A stretch of 64,000 nt of DNA. Source: an uncultured Ignavibacteriaceae bacterium (GTDB taxonomy: Bacteria > Bacteroidota > Ignavibacteria > Ignavibacteriales > Ignavibacteriaceae). The position numbers were made by a program, and so were the translations under genes. Of the stretch, positions 39,305 to 51,926 are shown one piece after another. The DNA lies in the NCBI GenBank assembly GCA_963804005.1, contig CAWDOP010000007.1, positions 15,562 through 79,561 on the forward strand, in the 5' to 3' direction. Positions within the stretch are counted from its first letter, which is position 1; every line of letters begins with the position of its first letter. The notes under the pieces were generated by a model that saw only the letters and a program-made list of their open reading frames with translations, ran no database searches and was not told where the DNA came from.

Positions 39305-39820
39305 CTAATTTATTCCTATTGTTAATGAACCATCTTTTCTTAACCAAATCCCAACTTTAAGATTGCTGAAAGTACTTCCAGATATAATAGTACCGCCAAT
39401 TTTAATAGCATTAAACTTAGAATCAAAAAGCACGGGTTGTGGAATATCAGTACACTTGACAAAACATCCATCTGGTGCATATAGCTCAGCATTTGCTTTG
39501 AAATCATCACCAACTCCGTGAGACAATTCGAAAATTATTTTGCTATCAAGTTTACAAATGGTTTTTTTATGAGGTTGTTCAATTAATATATTAGTTTTTT
39601 TTCCGGCTTCAGTTGGATAAATTCTATTACCTTTGACTTTTGCTAAATATGTTCCATCTGAGTGAAAGATTGGGATTTGTGTAGTGAACCCAATCGTTTT
39701 TTCTCTAATAATCTCTATAAGGGAAGTATCTTCATATTTTAAAATTATTGGAACATTGATAAATGTATTAGTAGCAATCGTAACTATAGGAGATGAATGA
39801 AAAATTAGAGATTGTTCCAT
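39305..39820 (-). CDS. Hypothetical protein
   Basis: 171-aa beta-rich ORF with no signal peptide and no family I can recognise. Confidence 0.45.
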   Translation of the reverse strand: MEQSLIFHSSPIVTIATNTFINVPIILKYEDTSLIEIIREKTIGFTTQIPIFHSDGTYLAKVKGNRIYPTEAGKKTNILIEQPHKKTICKLDSKIIFELSHGVGDDFKANAELYAPDGCFVKCTDIPQPVLFDSKFNAIKIGGTIISGSTFSNLKVGIWLRKDGSLTIGIN

Positions 39821-40046
39821 TTTGACCTCAGGAATTTTGTTGAATTATTTAAAATTATATGTCCAAGTTTACTATTAATGATAGGTATAATAGTACATTG
39901 TTTTCACTTTAATATGTACTCATTCCACGAATATATTATTATTTTATTCAATGTTTTCTTAAATAAAAACCAATTTCGCAAGCCCTTCCATAATTACATA
40001 AGAAACTTAGTTCTGTTCAGAGAGAGATTCAAGAAATGTTTTCTTT

Positions 40047-40077
40047 AAAAACAAAAAGGGCATCGTGGTGATGCCCT
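40047..40077 (-). terminator. Rho-independent terminator after katG
   Basis: On the minus strand, AGGGCATC/GATGCCCT is followed by TTTTTGTTTTT. Confidence 0.65.
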
Positions 40078-40118
40078 GAATAATTCTCGTATTTAGATTC
40101 CGAATCTCGCTGATGTCT

Positions 40119-42318
<2,200 letters not shown>

Positions 42319-42395
42319 ATTAATTCTCCTTTTAGTAAAATGATTTAATTAATTTTAAAATTTTCTAAGATCTCTTGTTTGTTTTGTCTTAATCA

Positions 42396-42783
42396 TTAAA
42401 ATATGAATGTAACTCCAATTGCAATTGCCAAATAAAAGAACTTGAATGTAAAGTTCATCAGTTAAAAAATGCGGAAATAAAATTGAAGATCCAAAGTGTA
42501 ACTATGTTTGTAATTTTTGCGTTCCGAGTTAATCCAGTTTTGTTTTGATAGTTTTTCGATATAACCACCAAGAAATTTATGGTTTTTCAAGCCATTCATT
42601 TGCTTTTGGAGAACTTTTCTAAAACAACACATTGAAGCTAAAATCAAAAAAATTGTAGTAGGAAGCAGAGGAAGAAAAATTCCAAGCACGCCAATTCCTA
42701 CAAGCAGGAAGCCTGAAATTAAATATGCAAATCTATAAACTGCGGAGAGTTTTGTTGTAGTTATGTTCTGATTTAGAAGCCAT
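42396..42783 (-). pseudogene. ybaN: YbaN-family (DUF454) inner-membrane protein gene with about six frame disruptions
   Basis: The reconstructed product is MASKSEHNYNK|LSAVYRFAYLISGFLLVGIGVLGIFLPLLPTTIFLILASMCCFRK|SSPKANEWLE|NHKFLGGYIEKLSKQNWINSERK|ITNIVTLWIFNFISAF|LTDELYIQVLLFG|IAIGVTFIF. It aligns along the whole length of E. coli YbaN, from memory. The breaks fall at homopolymer runs 42750-42753, 42615-42618, 42583-42587, 42514-42518 and 42464-42469, and near 42421-42429. 388 nt minus the net +4 gives 128 codons. Confidence 0.6.
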
Positions 42784-42831
42784 AGAAATTCTAATCAGTT
42801 CTAAATAAATGTTTGTGATTTAATAAACAAA

Positions 42832-43026
42832 ATGAGGAATTTTATATTATATGTCAAATTGATAATTCTACTTCCTTATCTTGCAAAGCAATATATTAAG
42901 GACAGGAAAAAACTTAATCAGATAAAAGAGTTTAATAATCCTGTTTCCAAAAGAGATGTCGGATTGGTTTACCGTAAAACTTTTGTTAAGAAACATTTAT
43001 TAAAAGTTCTTAAAACGAAATACTAA
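42832..43026 (+). pseudogene. Possible C-terminal remnant of a LysR/OxyR-type regulator
   Basis: The 64-aa ORF ...IILLPYLAKQYIKDRKKLNQIKEFNNPVSKRDVGLVYRKTFVKKHLLKVL resembles the last ~55 aa of OxyR-like effector domains (LLP.LA....I....P..R.IGLVYR). There is no room upstream for the remaining ~240 aa. Weak. Confidence 0.3.
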
Positions 43027-43075
43027 ATGCAATTCCAAAAGAATTAGAAGAAAACAAAGAAGGATTGATAATATA

Positions 43076-43480
43076 TTGAAAACATTCACAGTAAAAAGAA
43101 GAATCAATTTTTTTGATTGCGATCCTGCCGGAATAATTTTTTATTCCAGGGTTTTTGATTTTGCACACAGCGCTTATGAGCAGCTGATTCAGTCAATTGA
43201 CAAAGAGAAAGATTACTGGAATAATGACAAATATGTAGTCCCAATAATCAGAAGCGAATCAAATTATCTTAAACCTATGAAGTATGAAGATGAGATATTT
43301 ATAAAGGTTAGAGTTAGTGAACTGAGATCTTCATCTTTTGAATTAAGTTATAATATGGAAAATGAATCCGATAAGCTTTTATGTAGTGTTAAAACGGTTC
43401 ACGTTTTTGTTGATAGGAAAAGTTGGGAGAAGATGGAGATACCCAATCATATTAGAGAAGGATTGGAAAGATTGATTTAA
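43076..43480 (+). CDS. Hotdog-fold acyl-CoA thioesterase (4HBT/YbgC-like; candidate DHNA-CoA thioesterase)
   Basis: 134 aa with the N-terminal motif FFDCDPAGIIFYSRVF. Adjacent to the men operon. TTG start. Confidence 0.65.
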   Translation: MKTFTVKRRINFFDCDPAGIIFYSRVFDFAHSAYEQLIQSIDKEKDYWNNDKYVVPIIRSESNYLKPMKYEDEIFIKVRVSELRSSSFELSYNMENESDKLLCSVKTVHVFVDRKSWEKMEIPNHIREGLERLI

Positions 43481-43581
43481 GAAAAGCTGCGAATCAGACG
43501 AATTATTCTGAGATATTTTGATGAAAAATCAAGTAGTAAATGGCAGAAATTTTCTTTAATAATTTTTATTAGCCACTTACA

Positions 43582-45040
43582 TTATCCAGAATATTTCATC
43601 TTCAATTTTCCTCTCTCAACTTTTCCCAAAGAAGTTTTTGGTAATGAATCCTCAATAAAAAATTGTTTTGGAATTTTATACGGAGCAAGTTCTTTCTTTA
43701 ATAGTAATATTAAATCACTAATATCAACTTCAGTCGAAGTAACGATGACTGCACAAACTATTTCTCCCCATTCAACATCATTTATTGGAAAAACTACCGT
43801 TTCAGTAATGCCCGGATATTTTAATATAACTTGTTCAACTTCAAATGGATTTACATTTTCTCCACCGCTTACAATCATATCATTTTTTCTTCCGGTTATG
43901 TAGTAAAATCCATCTTCATCATAATATCCAATATCACCGGTGAAGTAAGAATTCTTTTGTAATCTTTCATTTGTTGCTGTTTCATTATTCAGATATTTTG
44001 TGAACAGTGAATCACTCTGAACAACAATATCAGCCTGAACGTTTGAAGGACATTCATTACCATTTTGATGAATAATTTTTATTGTAGTATTACTAACTGG
44101 TTTACCAATTGAATCACTTTTTAATTCAATGTCATTTTCATTTAGTGCCGTGATAAAAGAAGCTGTTTCAGAAGATCCGTAAACTTTAACAGGATACCAT
44201 CCTGTCTTTTTAGCTTCAACTAGTAATTCTTTAGCAACAAATCCACCACCGATGAGTGAAGCATTTTAACTCAGTATTTGGTTTGAATCCAGCTTCCATC
44301 ATTCTTTTCAATTGTGTTGATACAAACGAAGCAAGTGTTGGTTTTAGTTCTGATATTACTTCAATTAAATCATTTGTTTTCAATGATTCGGGAATGATAA
44401 TGCTTGCACCATAATATAGAGCACGACAAACAATTTGAAAACCACCAATGTGATAAAAGGGAAGACTTGCCAACCATCTGTCATTTTCAGAATGATTAAG
44501 AACTTCATTTCCAATTACAACACTGCTTAGTAAAGAATGAAAAGTATGGACAACTCCTTTTGGTTCGTCTGTTACACCGGATGTGAAAACAACGACAGCT
44601 TCATCAGTTACAGTCAAATCGAAATCAGTAAACAGTTGAAGAGTTATGTCGTTATTGTTCTTCTCGTTCTCTAAAAAAATAATTTCAACCGTTTCAACGG
44701 CTTTAATTTTTTGATATAAAGTTTTATTAGTTATAATATGTTTTATTTCTGCAAAAGAAATAAGTTTCAACAACTCCTCATCAGTTGCTAAAAGATTTAA
44801 TGGAACAGGAATCGCACCAAGTTTCCACAATGCAATTACCGCAACAATAAACTCAGGAGAGTTATCTGAATAGATTCCTACATATTCTCCTTTAAAAATT
44901 TTGTCTGATAGTGTTTCAGCATAAGAAGACGACAACTTATTAAGTTCATCATAAGTGATTATTGAATCCTTTGTTATTACAGCAGGATTATTGTTCTGGT
45001 GTGATTTTAGATTTAGCAAATATTCCAATTTAAATTTCAT
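43582..45040 (-). pseudogene. menE: O-succinylbenzoate-CoA ligase MenE, one frameshift
   Basis: The N-terminal ORF (AMP-binding VFTSGVTDEPKGVVHT) ends at ...KPNTELKCFTHRWWICC*. The frame continuing as NASLIGGGFVAKELL...YGSSETASF...GDIGYYDEDGFYYITGRKNDMIVSGGENVNP...LGKVER is offset by 1. The site is the A4 run (+ strand TTTT 44264-44267). Length 1459 nt is 3n+1. Confidence 0.8.
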
Positions 45041-45097
45041 CTTTGCTTAAAACTATTTTGTCATTCCTCATAATATCAATTGTTATTTTAAACATTC

Positions 45098-45994
45098 TCA
45101 TAACAATATTCCGATTGAGAATAGTAATCCGTATATAGCAGAAAATTTTGCTGTCAGCTCAAGCGTTTTGTTTAATTCTGATCCTTTATACTCAGATAAC
45201 ATTTTAATAAGTGTTACTGCTATTGGTAAAGAAATGTAAGGAAGGAAAATCCAGTAAGAAAAATTATAAAATGAGAAAAGAAGTAGTGGAACAATAAATG
45301 AAATTATTAAAAGCACTATGAATTCTATCTTAGAAAAGGTATTTCCAAAAATTACAGCAAGAGTTTTTTTACCTGTACTTCTATCCTCTTCAATATCACG
45401 AAAATTGTTTACGACGAGAATATTAGTTATCAATGCTCCAACAGGAAGTGAAATTAAAAATGATAACAGCGTGAATTCCTCGTGATGAAGATAATAAGTT
45501 CCCATTGTTCCGACTATACCGAAAAAGATAAAAACAAAAACATCACCTAGACCATTATAAGCCAGCGGGAAAGGACCGGCAGTGTATGCTAATCCTGCCA
45601 ATATTGATATAACTCCGATTAGAAGAATTACCCATCCTGCAGCATAAACAAGATAAAGACCTAACAAGAATGTAATTAAGAAGACAAGAAAAATTCCTAA
45701 CTTCATTTCATTAACAGAAATCAATCCTGATGAAAGAACACGAAGCGGACCTTTCCTTTTTTCGTTATCAGCACCTTTCAGGTAATCATAAAGATCATTT
45801 GTGTAATTGGTTCCAACCTGAATGAGAATAGAACATAATAAAGCAATTAAAGAATACAGCGGAAAAAACTTTTCTGAATAAATTGCGAGGGATGAACCAA
45901 CCATAACCGGAACCACTGCAGCGAGCAGAGTTTTATGTCTTGCTGCAAGAAACCAGGCTTGGGTTTTTGAAATATTTACTTTTGTATTATTCAA
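45098..45994 (-). CDS. menA: 1,4-dihydroxy-2-naphthoate polyprenyltransferase
   Basis: 298-aa UbiA-family polytopic protein with NDLYDYLKGADN (NDxxDxxxD). Confidence 0.9.
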   Translation of the reverse strand: MNNTKVNISKTQAWFLAARHKTLLAAVVPVMVGSSLAIYSEKFFPLYSLIALLCSILIQVGTNYTNDLYDYLKGADNEKRKGPLRVLSSGLISVNEMKLGIFLVFLITFLLGLYLVYAAGWVILLIGVISILAGLAYTAGPFPLAYNGLGDVFVFIFFGIVGTMGTYYLHHEEFTLLSFLISLPVGALITNILVVNNFRDIEEDRSTGKKTLAVIFGNTFSKIEFIVLLIISFIVPLLLFSFYNFSYWIFLPYISLPIAVTLIKMLSEYKGSELNKTLELTAKFSAIYGLLFSIGILL

Positions 45995-46067
45995 TGTAGG
46001 TCACAGAATATTTTATATATTATATAACGTCACCCTGTTTCCCTCTCCTTACTAAGGTAGATGGAGA

Positions 46068-46910
46068 CTAAGGTAACTTAGGAAATTTTTTGAAATCCGG
46101 TTTACGTTTTTTCAGATAAGCATTTTTACCCTCTTGAGCTTCCTCACTCATATAGTAAAGAAGAGTAGCGTTACCGGCTAACTCCTGAATTCCTTGCTGT
46201 CCATCCAGTTCTGCATTGAATGCAGATTTTAACACACGTAAAGCCATTGGACTGTGCTGAAGCATTTGCCTTGCCCATTCAACACCTTCTGTCTCAAGCT
46301 GATCAACAGGAACGACTTTGTTAACCAATCCCATTGCTTCGGCTTCCTGTGCATTGTATTGTTTGCAGAGATACCATATCTCACGTGCTTTTTTCTGTCC
46401 GACAATTCTTGCAAGATAGCTTGAACCGAAGCCACCATCAAAGCTGCCAACCTTTGGACCGGTTTGTCCGAATATGGCATTATCTGCAGCTATGGTTAGA
46501 TCGCAAATAACATGAAGAACATGTCCACCGCCAATTGCATAACCCGCAACTAATGCAACAACAGGTTTTGGAATGCTTCTAATAATTTTCTGAAGATCTA
46601 AAACATTTAATCTTGGAACGCCGTCATCTTTTCCAACATAACCTTTATCGCCGCGAATTCTTTGATCGCCGCCGGAACAGAATGCATACTTTCCATCTTT
46701 GGCAGGACCTTTACCGGTTAATAAAATAACACCAATTTCCTGATCTTCACGTGCATCTATAAAAGCCTCAATCATTTCTTTAACCGTTTCAGGACGAAAT
46801 GCATTGCGTACTTCCGGACGATTGATTGTTACCTTGGCAATCCCTTCACCATCAAGTTTTTCGTAAATGATGTCTTTATACTCTTTTACTTTTATCCATT
46901 GGAAAGACAT
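46068..46910 (-). CDS. menB: 1,4-dihydroxy-2-naphthoyl-CoA synthase
   Basis: 280-aa crotonase fold with FCSGGDQ and [11 protein letters not shown] motifs. Confidence 0.95.
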   Translation of the reverse strand: MSFQWIKVKEYKDIIYEKLDGEGIAKVTINRPEVRNAFRPETVKEMIEAFIDAREDQEIGVILLTGKGPAKDGKYAFCSGGDQRIRGDKGYVGKDDGVPRLNVLDLQKIIRSIPKPVVALVAGYAIGGGHVLHVICDLTIAADNAIFGQTGPKVGSFDGGFGSSYLARIVGQKKAREIWYLCKQYNAQEAEAMGLVNKVVPVDQLETEGVEWARQMLQHSPMALRVLKSAFNAELDGQQGIQELAGNATLLYYMSEEAQEGKNAYLKKRKPDFKKFPKLP

Positions 46911-46958
46911 AATTATTCCTGTTTTTATGTGATCAAAAATATAGAAAACTGAAGAAAG

Positions 46959-47780
46959 TTAGAACGGATTAATAAAACTATAAACAATATCAGCATATTT
47001 TTTAGTTTCTTCGAGGTGAACATTATGTCCGGAATTTTTAATAATTGAGAGTTTTGAGTCGGGTATCAATCTTTTCATATGGGAATTTATATCAACAAAT
47101 TTTTTATCTAATTCACCGCAGATAAGTTGGACAGGCATTCGGATTTCGGAAAGTCTATCAAACAAAGGTTTCATAACTCCTGTTCCAAATCCAAGTAAGG
47201 AATTCGCCAAACCGACTCTATTACATTCTAATTTTCGATTTCTTATTTCTTTTAAAACTTTTTCAGAAAGATTTCTTTGAGTTTGAAATATTTCTTTGTT
47301 CATCCAATCATCCACAAAATTTTCAATCGGATTTGATAAAATATATTCTGCCAGATTTCTGTCAGTTCTTTCCCTTTCAAACTTTAGGGCAGAATTATTT
47401 ATTCCCGCTGAAGCACTTTCGAGAATTAATCCTTCCAGATCATATGGTAAACTTAAAGAGTAGTTTAACGCGGCTCTTCCCCCCATCGAATAACCAAGGA
47501 GGAAAATTTTTTTGCCCGTTACATGCTCTTTAACTTTTTTTATTTGCCGGACAATTGATTCAGTTGTATAGTAATTCAGATTTGTGGGTGAATCGCTTTT
47601 TCCGTGTCCGATTAAATCAATTCCAACAAGATTAAAATTTACCGGAAAATACTTTTCAAATGTAAGCCAGTCATAGAGCGAGCCGGTAAATCCGTGAAGA
47701 AGAAACAGGTAAGAATTATTTTTTATTTCGGGGCGAAGAAATTCATAATTTATTCTTATCGACTCAAATTTAATAAACAT
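46959..47780 (-). CDS. menH: SHCHC synthase (alpha/beta hydrolase)
   Basis: 273 aa with HGFTGS and the nucleophile elbow GYSMGGR. Sits between menD and menB. Confidence 0.75.
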   Translation of the reverse strand: MFIKFESIRINYEFLRPEIKNNSYLFLLHGFTGSLYDWLTFEKYFPVNFNLVGIDLIGHGKSDSPTNLNYYTTESIVRQIKKVKEHVTGKKIFLLGYSMGGRAALNYSLSLPYDLEGLILESASAGINNSALKFERERTDRNLAEYILSNPIENFVDDWMNKEIFQTQRNLSEKVLKEIRNRKLECNRVGLANSLLGFGTGVMKPLFDRLSEIRMPVQLICGELDKKFVDINSHMKRLIPDSKLSIIKNSGHNVHLEETKKYADIVYSFINPF

Positions 47781-49554
47781 TTTCAGAACCTTTTAACCAT
47801 TCATCGACTTCTTCAACCAAATTATGCCAATAATCTTTTCTTTTCTTAAGTGATTCTTGGGCATTTGTTTTAATTTCAATTACTAAAGGGATATCTGAGA
47901 GTCTGTTAAGTGAAAGATTCAACTGAGTTGAAGTTTTAACGGCTTTATAATCAATATCCATCGCTCTTACAATTTTTTCAAAATTCAATTGTGTTGGAGT
48001 GAGAAAGTATTTCTTGAACTCATTTTTCTGCTCAACGATTGGAAGGAAATTGAATAATCCTCCGCCATCATTATTGATTAAAATTACAGTGAGATTAATA
48101 TTTTTTGTTTTAGCGATATGTAAAGCTGTTAAATCGTAATAAAAAGCCAGATCACCGGTTAAAAGAAAGGTGCGTTCTTTTGTCGCTTCAGCAATTCCTA
48201 AAGCTGTTGAAATAATTCCGTCGATACCACTTGCTCCCCGATTTTGATGAATAGTAAAATTCTTATTTGTTTTTTGTAAAAAGAAATCCAGATCACGTAT
48301 TGGTGTGCTGTTTGAAACAAATAAAACTGATTTTTCAGGAATGTTTCTTGAAAGATGAGAGATGATGTTAGTTTCATCAATCAAATGGGAGTTATTAATA
48401 TATTCAACTTTGAGCCACTCACAAAGATCATCAAGCTTAAGTAAAATATTTACCCAATTAGAAATTTTCTTTTTCCCTGAAGTTCCAATATTTTTTATCA
48501 GTTTATCTGTAAATGTGCAAACATCTGCTTTAATTACTTTAGTGGCACTACGCGAGGGATCAAAACAATCACCGAATTCATTAATTATAAATCTTGTAGT
48601 ATCGATTTTTGAAAGATAATTTTCCAACGCTGCAGAAGTCGGAGTTCTTCCAAATTGTAAAATCAAATCCGGCTGAACCTTTTTTACAAATTCATTCGAC
48701 CGCAGAAAAGCATCATAGTTTGTAATGATTAAATCATTTTCTTTAACTCCAGTTCGGAAATTTGAAGTACCATCGGCAAGGATTGGAAATCCTGTTAAGC
48801 CGGATAATAATTTAATTTTATTTTTGAGCAGCTTATTAAAATTTGCGGGACCAACTATAATTAAACCGTTAGAAGACAGTCTGATTGCATCATAAACTTC
48901 GTTTAACTCTTGTCCCTTAAATAAAATTTTAGAGCAATGAAACAATTGAGCAGCAGAAATCTCATCAATCTCACTCAGCTTTGATTCAGTTAGTTCGTCC
49001 TCAGGTAAATGAGGTTCAAGCGGTTTTTCAAAAGGAAAATTTATGTGAACCGGTCCACGATCGGCAATCAATGCAATCTGGAATGCTTCAGTTGTTTTCT
49101 TTAAAAATTTCTCAATTGATTTCTTACTTAGATTGGGTAATCCTGCATCATAAAAAAATCTTATATGATTTTTATAAAGATTATCCTGAATTATAGTCTG
49201 ATTTGCTCCAGTATTTCTTAAATATTCAGGGCGATCAGCTGTGCAAACTATAAGTGGAACACGATTTTGATACGCTTCTACAATTGCCGGGTAAAGTTCA
49301 ACAGCCGCTGTTCCCGATGTTGTTACTATTGCCACCGGAAGACAGGTTTGTTTTGCTAAACCTAAAGCAAAGAAACCGGATTGTCTTTCATCAACAAATA
49401 CATGTTTTTTTATTTTTTTATTATTAGCAAAGGCTAAAGTCAGTGGTGTGCTTCTGGAACCGGGAGAAATACAAACATGCTTTAGTCCTGATTCTGCAAG
49501 CTGATTAACTAACTTTTCAGCCCAGATAAAATTTTTGTTAACTTTTATTTTCAT
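47770..49554 (-). CDS. menD: SEPHCHC synthase (TPP-dependent)
   Basis: 594 aa with N-terminus W...L...L...G......SPGSRSTPL and TPP motif GDLAFYYDLT...NNDGGG. Confidence 0.9.
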   Translation of the reverse strand: MKIKVNKNFIWAEKLVNQLAESGLKHVCISPGSRSTPLTLAFANNKKIKKHVFVDERQSGFFALGLAKQTCLPVAIVTTSGTAAVELYPAIVEAYQNRVPLIVCTADRPEYLRNTGANQTIIQDNLYKNHIRFFYDAGLPNLSKKSIEKFLKKTTEAFQIALIADRGPVHINFPFEKPLEPHLPEDELTESKLSEIDEISAAQLFHCSKILFKGQELNEVYDAIRLSSNGLIIVGPANFNKLLKNKIKLLSGLTGFPILADGTSNFRTGVKENDLIITNYDAFLRSNEFVKKVQPDLILQFGRTPTSAALENYLSKIDTTRFIINEFGDCFDPSRSATKVIKADVCTFTDKLIKNIGTSGKKKISNWVNILLKLDDLCEWLKVEYINNSHLIDETNIISHLSRNIPEKSVLFVSNSTPIRDLDFFLQKTNKNFTIHQNRGASGIDGIISTALGIAEATKERTFLLTGDLAFYYDLTALHIAKTKNINLTVILINNDGGGLFNFLPIVEQKNEFKKYFLTPTQLNFEKIVRAMDIDYKAVKTSTQLNLSLNRLSDIPLVIEIKTNAQESLKKRKDYWHNLVEEVDEWLKGSENVY

Positions 49555-50952
49555 TGTTGAATAAAGAAATAATTGCTTCAGCTTTTAATTGTGTTTCCTC
49601 AAATTCTTTTTTAGGATCGGAACCGGGAACAATACCGCATCCTGCATATACATACAATTTATTTTGATTTATTAAAGCGGATCTTATAGATACTATTAAC
49701 TCACAATCCTCTTTAAGGTTCATCCATCCTAAGAAACCGGAAAACAAACCTCTTTCAAAATCTTCAACTTCATCAATAACGTTGATTATTGGTTTTACCG
49801 GATAACCACCGACTGCAGGAGTGGGAAAAATATCATCTAATAATGAAAAGATTTTCGAGTCCGCTTTTTATTTTACCTTTTAGTCCTGTATATAAATGTT
49901 GAATGTTTGATAATTTTTTTAATGAAGGTGATTCGTCAATCTCAACATTACTGCAATATTTATTAAGAATATATTTAAGATGATCTATCACAAAAATATG
50001 CTCATCAATATCCTTAGAACTCTCAACAAGAATGGATTCAAAGTCCTTGTCTTCTTTGTCATTATTTCCTCTTTCTATAGACCCGGCAAGTGCTTCAGTA
50101 TGAAGTTCATTGTTTTTTATAAAAAATAATTTTTCCGGCGATGCGCCAAAAAATATGGATTCTTTAATTTTATAAATGAAGTTATAACATTCAGGATAAT
50201 TTTTATCCAATTTAAAAGCAAAATCTGCCATCTCAAAATTATCAATAAGATTAAATTCAGTTTTCCTGGACAATACAACCTTATCAAATTCTTTTTTATC
50301 TATTCTTTTAAGTACTTGATTAACCTTATTCTGCCAGTCAGAAAACACTTCACTCTTTGAAGATTTTATGCGTGATTTTATTGAATTACTCTGAAACGGG
50401 AGGCTTATTTTTTTAATATCTTTCATTTATTGAATTAAACTTTTTTATTAAAGAAATTTTATCATTAACTGAATCGGAATTGATATTGATTACAGAATAA
50501 GCCTGTTCTCCATATTTAATCAGGATCAACTCCGGAATAAAAAATTTTACAGGTTCAAAATCTTTCCATTCTTCTGATTTTTTATCAGATGGAAATTTTG
50601 CTGCAAAGAAAAATAGTGGAGGATAATAACCAGATGTTTTATAATTATGATGCAGATTTTTTTTTATGACAGAAAAATTATTGTTGAACTGTTTCAGTCC
50701 ATTTGTGTTTTTAAAAGACTGACTAAATAATTCGCCGGAAGTGAGAATATAGAAATTCTGTTCGGGAATTGAATAGTAAAATAGGGTATCCTGATTTTGC
50801 TCAAATAATTTTAGTGCAGAATAAAGGTTTATTTCATCTTCCTTGGATACATAACTAATAATTGAAGGTCTACTAATCTTATTATAGTCTAATGAATCAA
50901 CAAAGTCATTAAAATTTTTATTATCAATATTAATTTTATCGGCAGTGATCAT
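49538..50952 (-). pseudogene. menF: Isochorismate synthase MenF, two frameshifts
   Basis: Three pieces are present. The N-terminal domain is 50413-50952. The start of the chorismate-binding domain is 49833-50426 (WQNKVNQVLKRIDKKEFDKVVLSR). The C-terminal piece is LLDDIFPTPAVGGYP...ERGLFSGFLGWMN...SIRSALI...AGCGIV. Inferred +1 insertions lie near 50417-50425 and 49838-49858, both run-rich. Length 1415 nt is 3n+2. Confidence 0.8.
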
Positions 50953-51911
50953 AGTTGAAAATTCAAATCCTCTTCAATTGAATCTAATATCCTTAAATAA
51001 CTGTCATATCTTTCAATCGTAATTTTTCCTTCTTCAACTGCTTTTATCACTGCACACTCAGGTTCGTGGTGATGTGTGCATGTATTAAACCTGCATTCAT
51101 TTATATATTTGTTAAATTCTTTAAAGTAATAAGAAAGATTTTCTTTCCTTATACCATAAGGATCAATTTCCCTTACACCGGGAGTATCAATGATGTAAGT
51201 ATCGTTACCTATGTAAAACATAGGGCTTGTAACAGTTGTATGGATTCCCTTTTGAGAGTATGTACTAATTTCGCCTACCTTTAATTTCAATTCGGGGAAA
51301 AGTTTATTTAATATAGAAGATTTTCCTACGCCAGAATGTCCCCAAAATAAATTTTTCTTTCCCTTGATAAGTTCAGCAAGCTCATCAAATCCTTCACCGG
51401 TAATAACACTTGACAAGATGACATCATATCCAATATTCGTGTAAAGCTCTTTCCAGAAGGAATAATTATCGTCTTCATTCAAATCTGCCTTATTGATTAC
51501 AATGTGTGTGTTGAGGTGAGAACTTTCACAAGCAACAAGAAAGCGGTCGATAGATTTATAATTAAATTCCGGTTCCTTAATACTTGCAACAACAAAAACA
51601 TTATCAATATTTGCCGCAATTACTTGTTCGAGTCTTTCACCGCGATAACTTGACCCACGGATCTTAGGAGCTTTACGAGAAAGATAATTTTCACGCTTCA
51701 ATATTTTTTTTATAACTCCGCTTCCGTCTTTATTCAGATCATATTCAACAAAATCTCCTACAACTGCAACGTCTGTCGCGTATAATTTATCTTTTTTAAG
51801 ATTAAAATCCTTTTTGAATTTTCCCTTAAGTGAACATCTGATAGTTGAATGACCTTCAAGCGAAAATACGTAATAATCCTTGCTTTCAGTTCTGTTAACT
51901 AAGCCTTGAAT
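50949..51911 (-). CDS. rsgA: Ribosome small-subunit biogenesis GTPase RsgA (no canonical start codon found)
   Basis: G motifs NKADL and GHSGVGKSS, and a C-terminal zinc cluster C..C.H.EP.C. The frame stays open upstream of the track start through an OB-fold-like N-terminus (IIQGLVNRTESKDYYVFSLEGHSTIRCSLKGKFK...VGDFVEY) to a TGA at 51942-51944, and it contains no ATG, GTG or TTG there. The best candidate start is ATT 51911, 6 nt after GGAG. Its stop overlaps the menF start (ATGA). Confidence 0.75.
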   Translation of the reverse strand: MQGLVNRTESKDYYVFSLEGHSTIRCSLKGKFKKDFNLKKDKLYATDVAVVGDFVEYDLNKDGSGVIKKILKRENYLSRKAPKIRGSSYRGERLEQVIAANIDNVFVVASIKEPEFNYKSIDRFLVACESSHLNTHIVINKADLNEDDNYSFWKELYTNIGYDVILSSVITGEGFDELAELIKGKKNLFWGHSGVGKSSILNKLFPELKLKVGEISTYSQKGIHTTVTSPMFYIGNDTYIIDTPGVREIDPYGIRKENLSYYFKEFNKYINECRFNTCTHHHEPECAVIKAVEEGKITIERYDSYLRILDSIEEDLNFQL

Positions 51912-51926
51912 GATAAACTCCGTTAT

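Noticed and set aside
39812-40048. A 78-aa + strand ORF in the katG-downstream intergenic region
   Set aside because: The translation is AT-rich and low-complexity (F/I/N/L-rich), with no RBS and no family resemblance. It is most likely intergenic.
50413-50952. The 179-aa ORF upstream of the menF core as an independent gene
   Set aside because: It matches the variable N-terminal domain that precedes the chorismate-binding domain in isochorismate synthases (…PPLFFFAAKFPSDKKSEEWKDF…FIPELILI…). The downstream piece lacks that domain. Removing one base in the AAA run near 50421-50423 fuses them.
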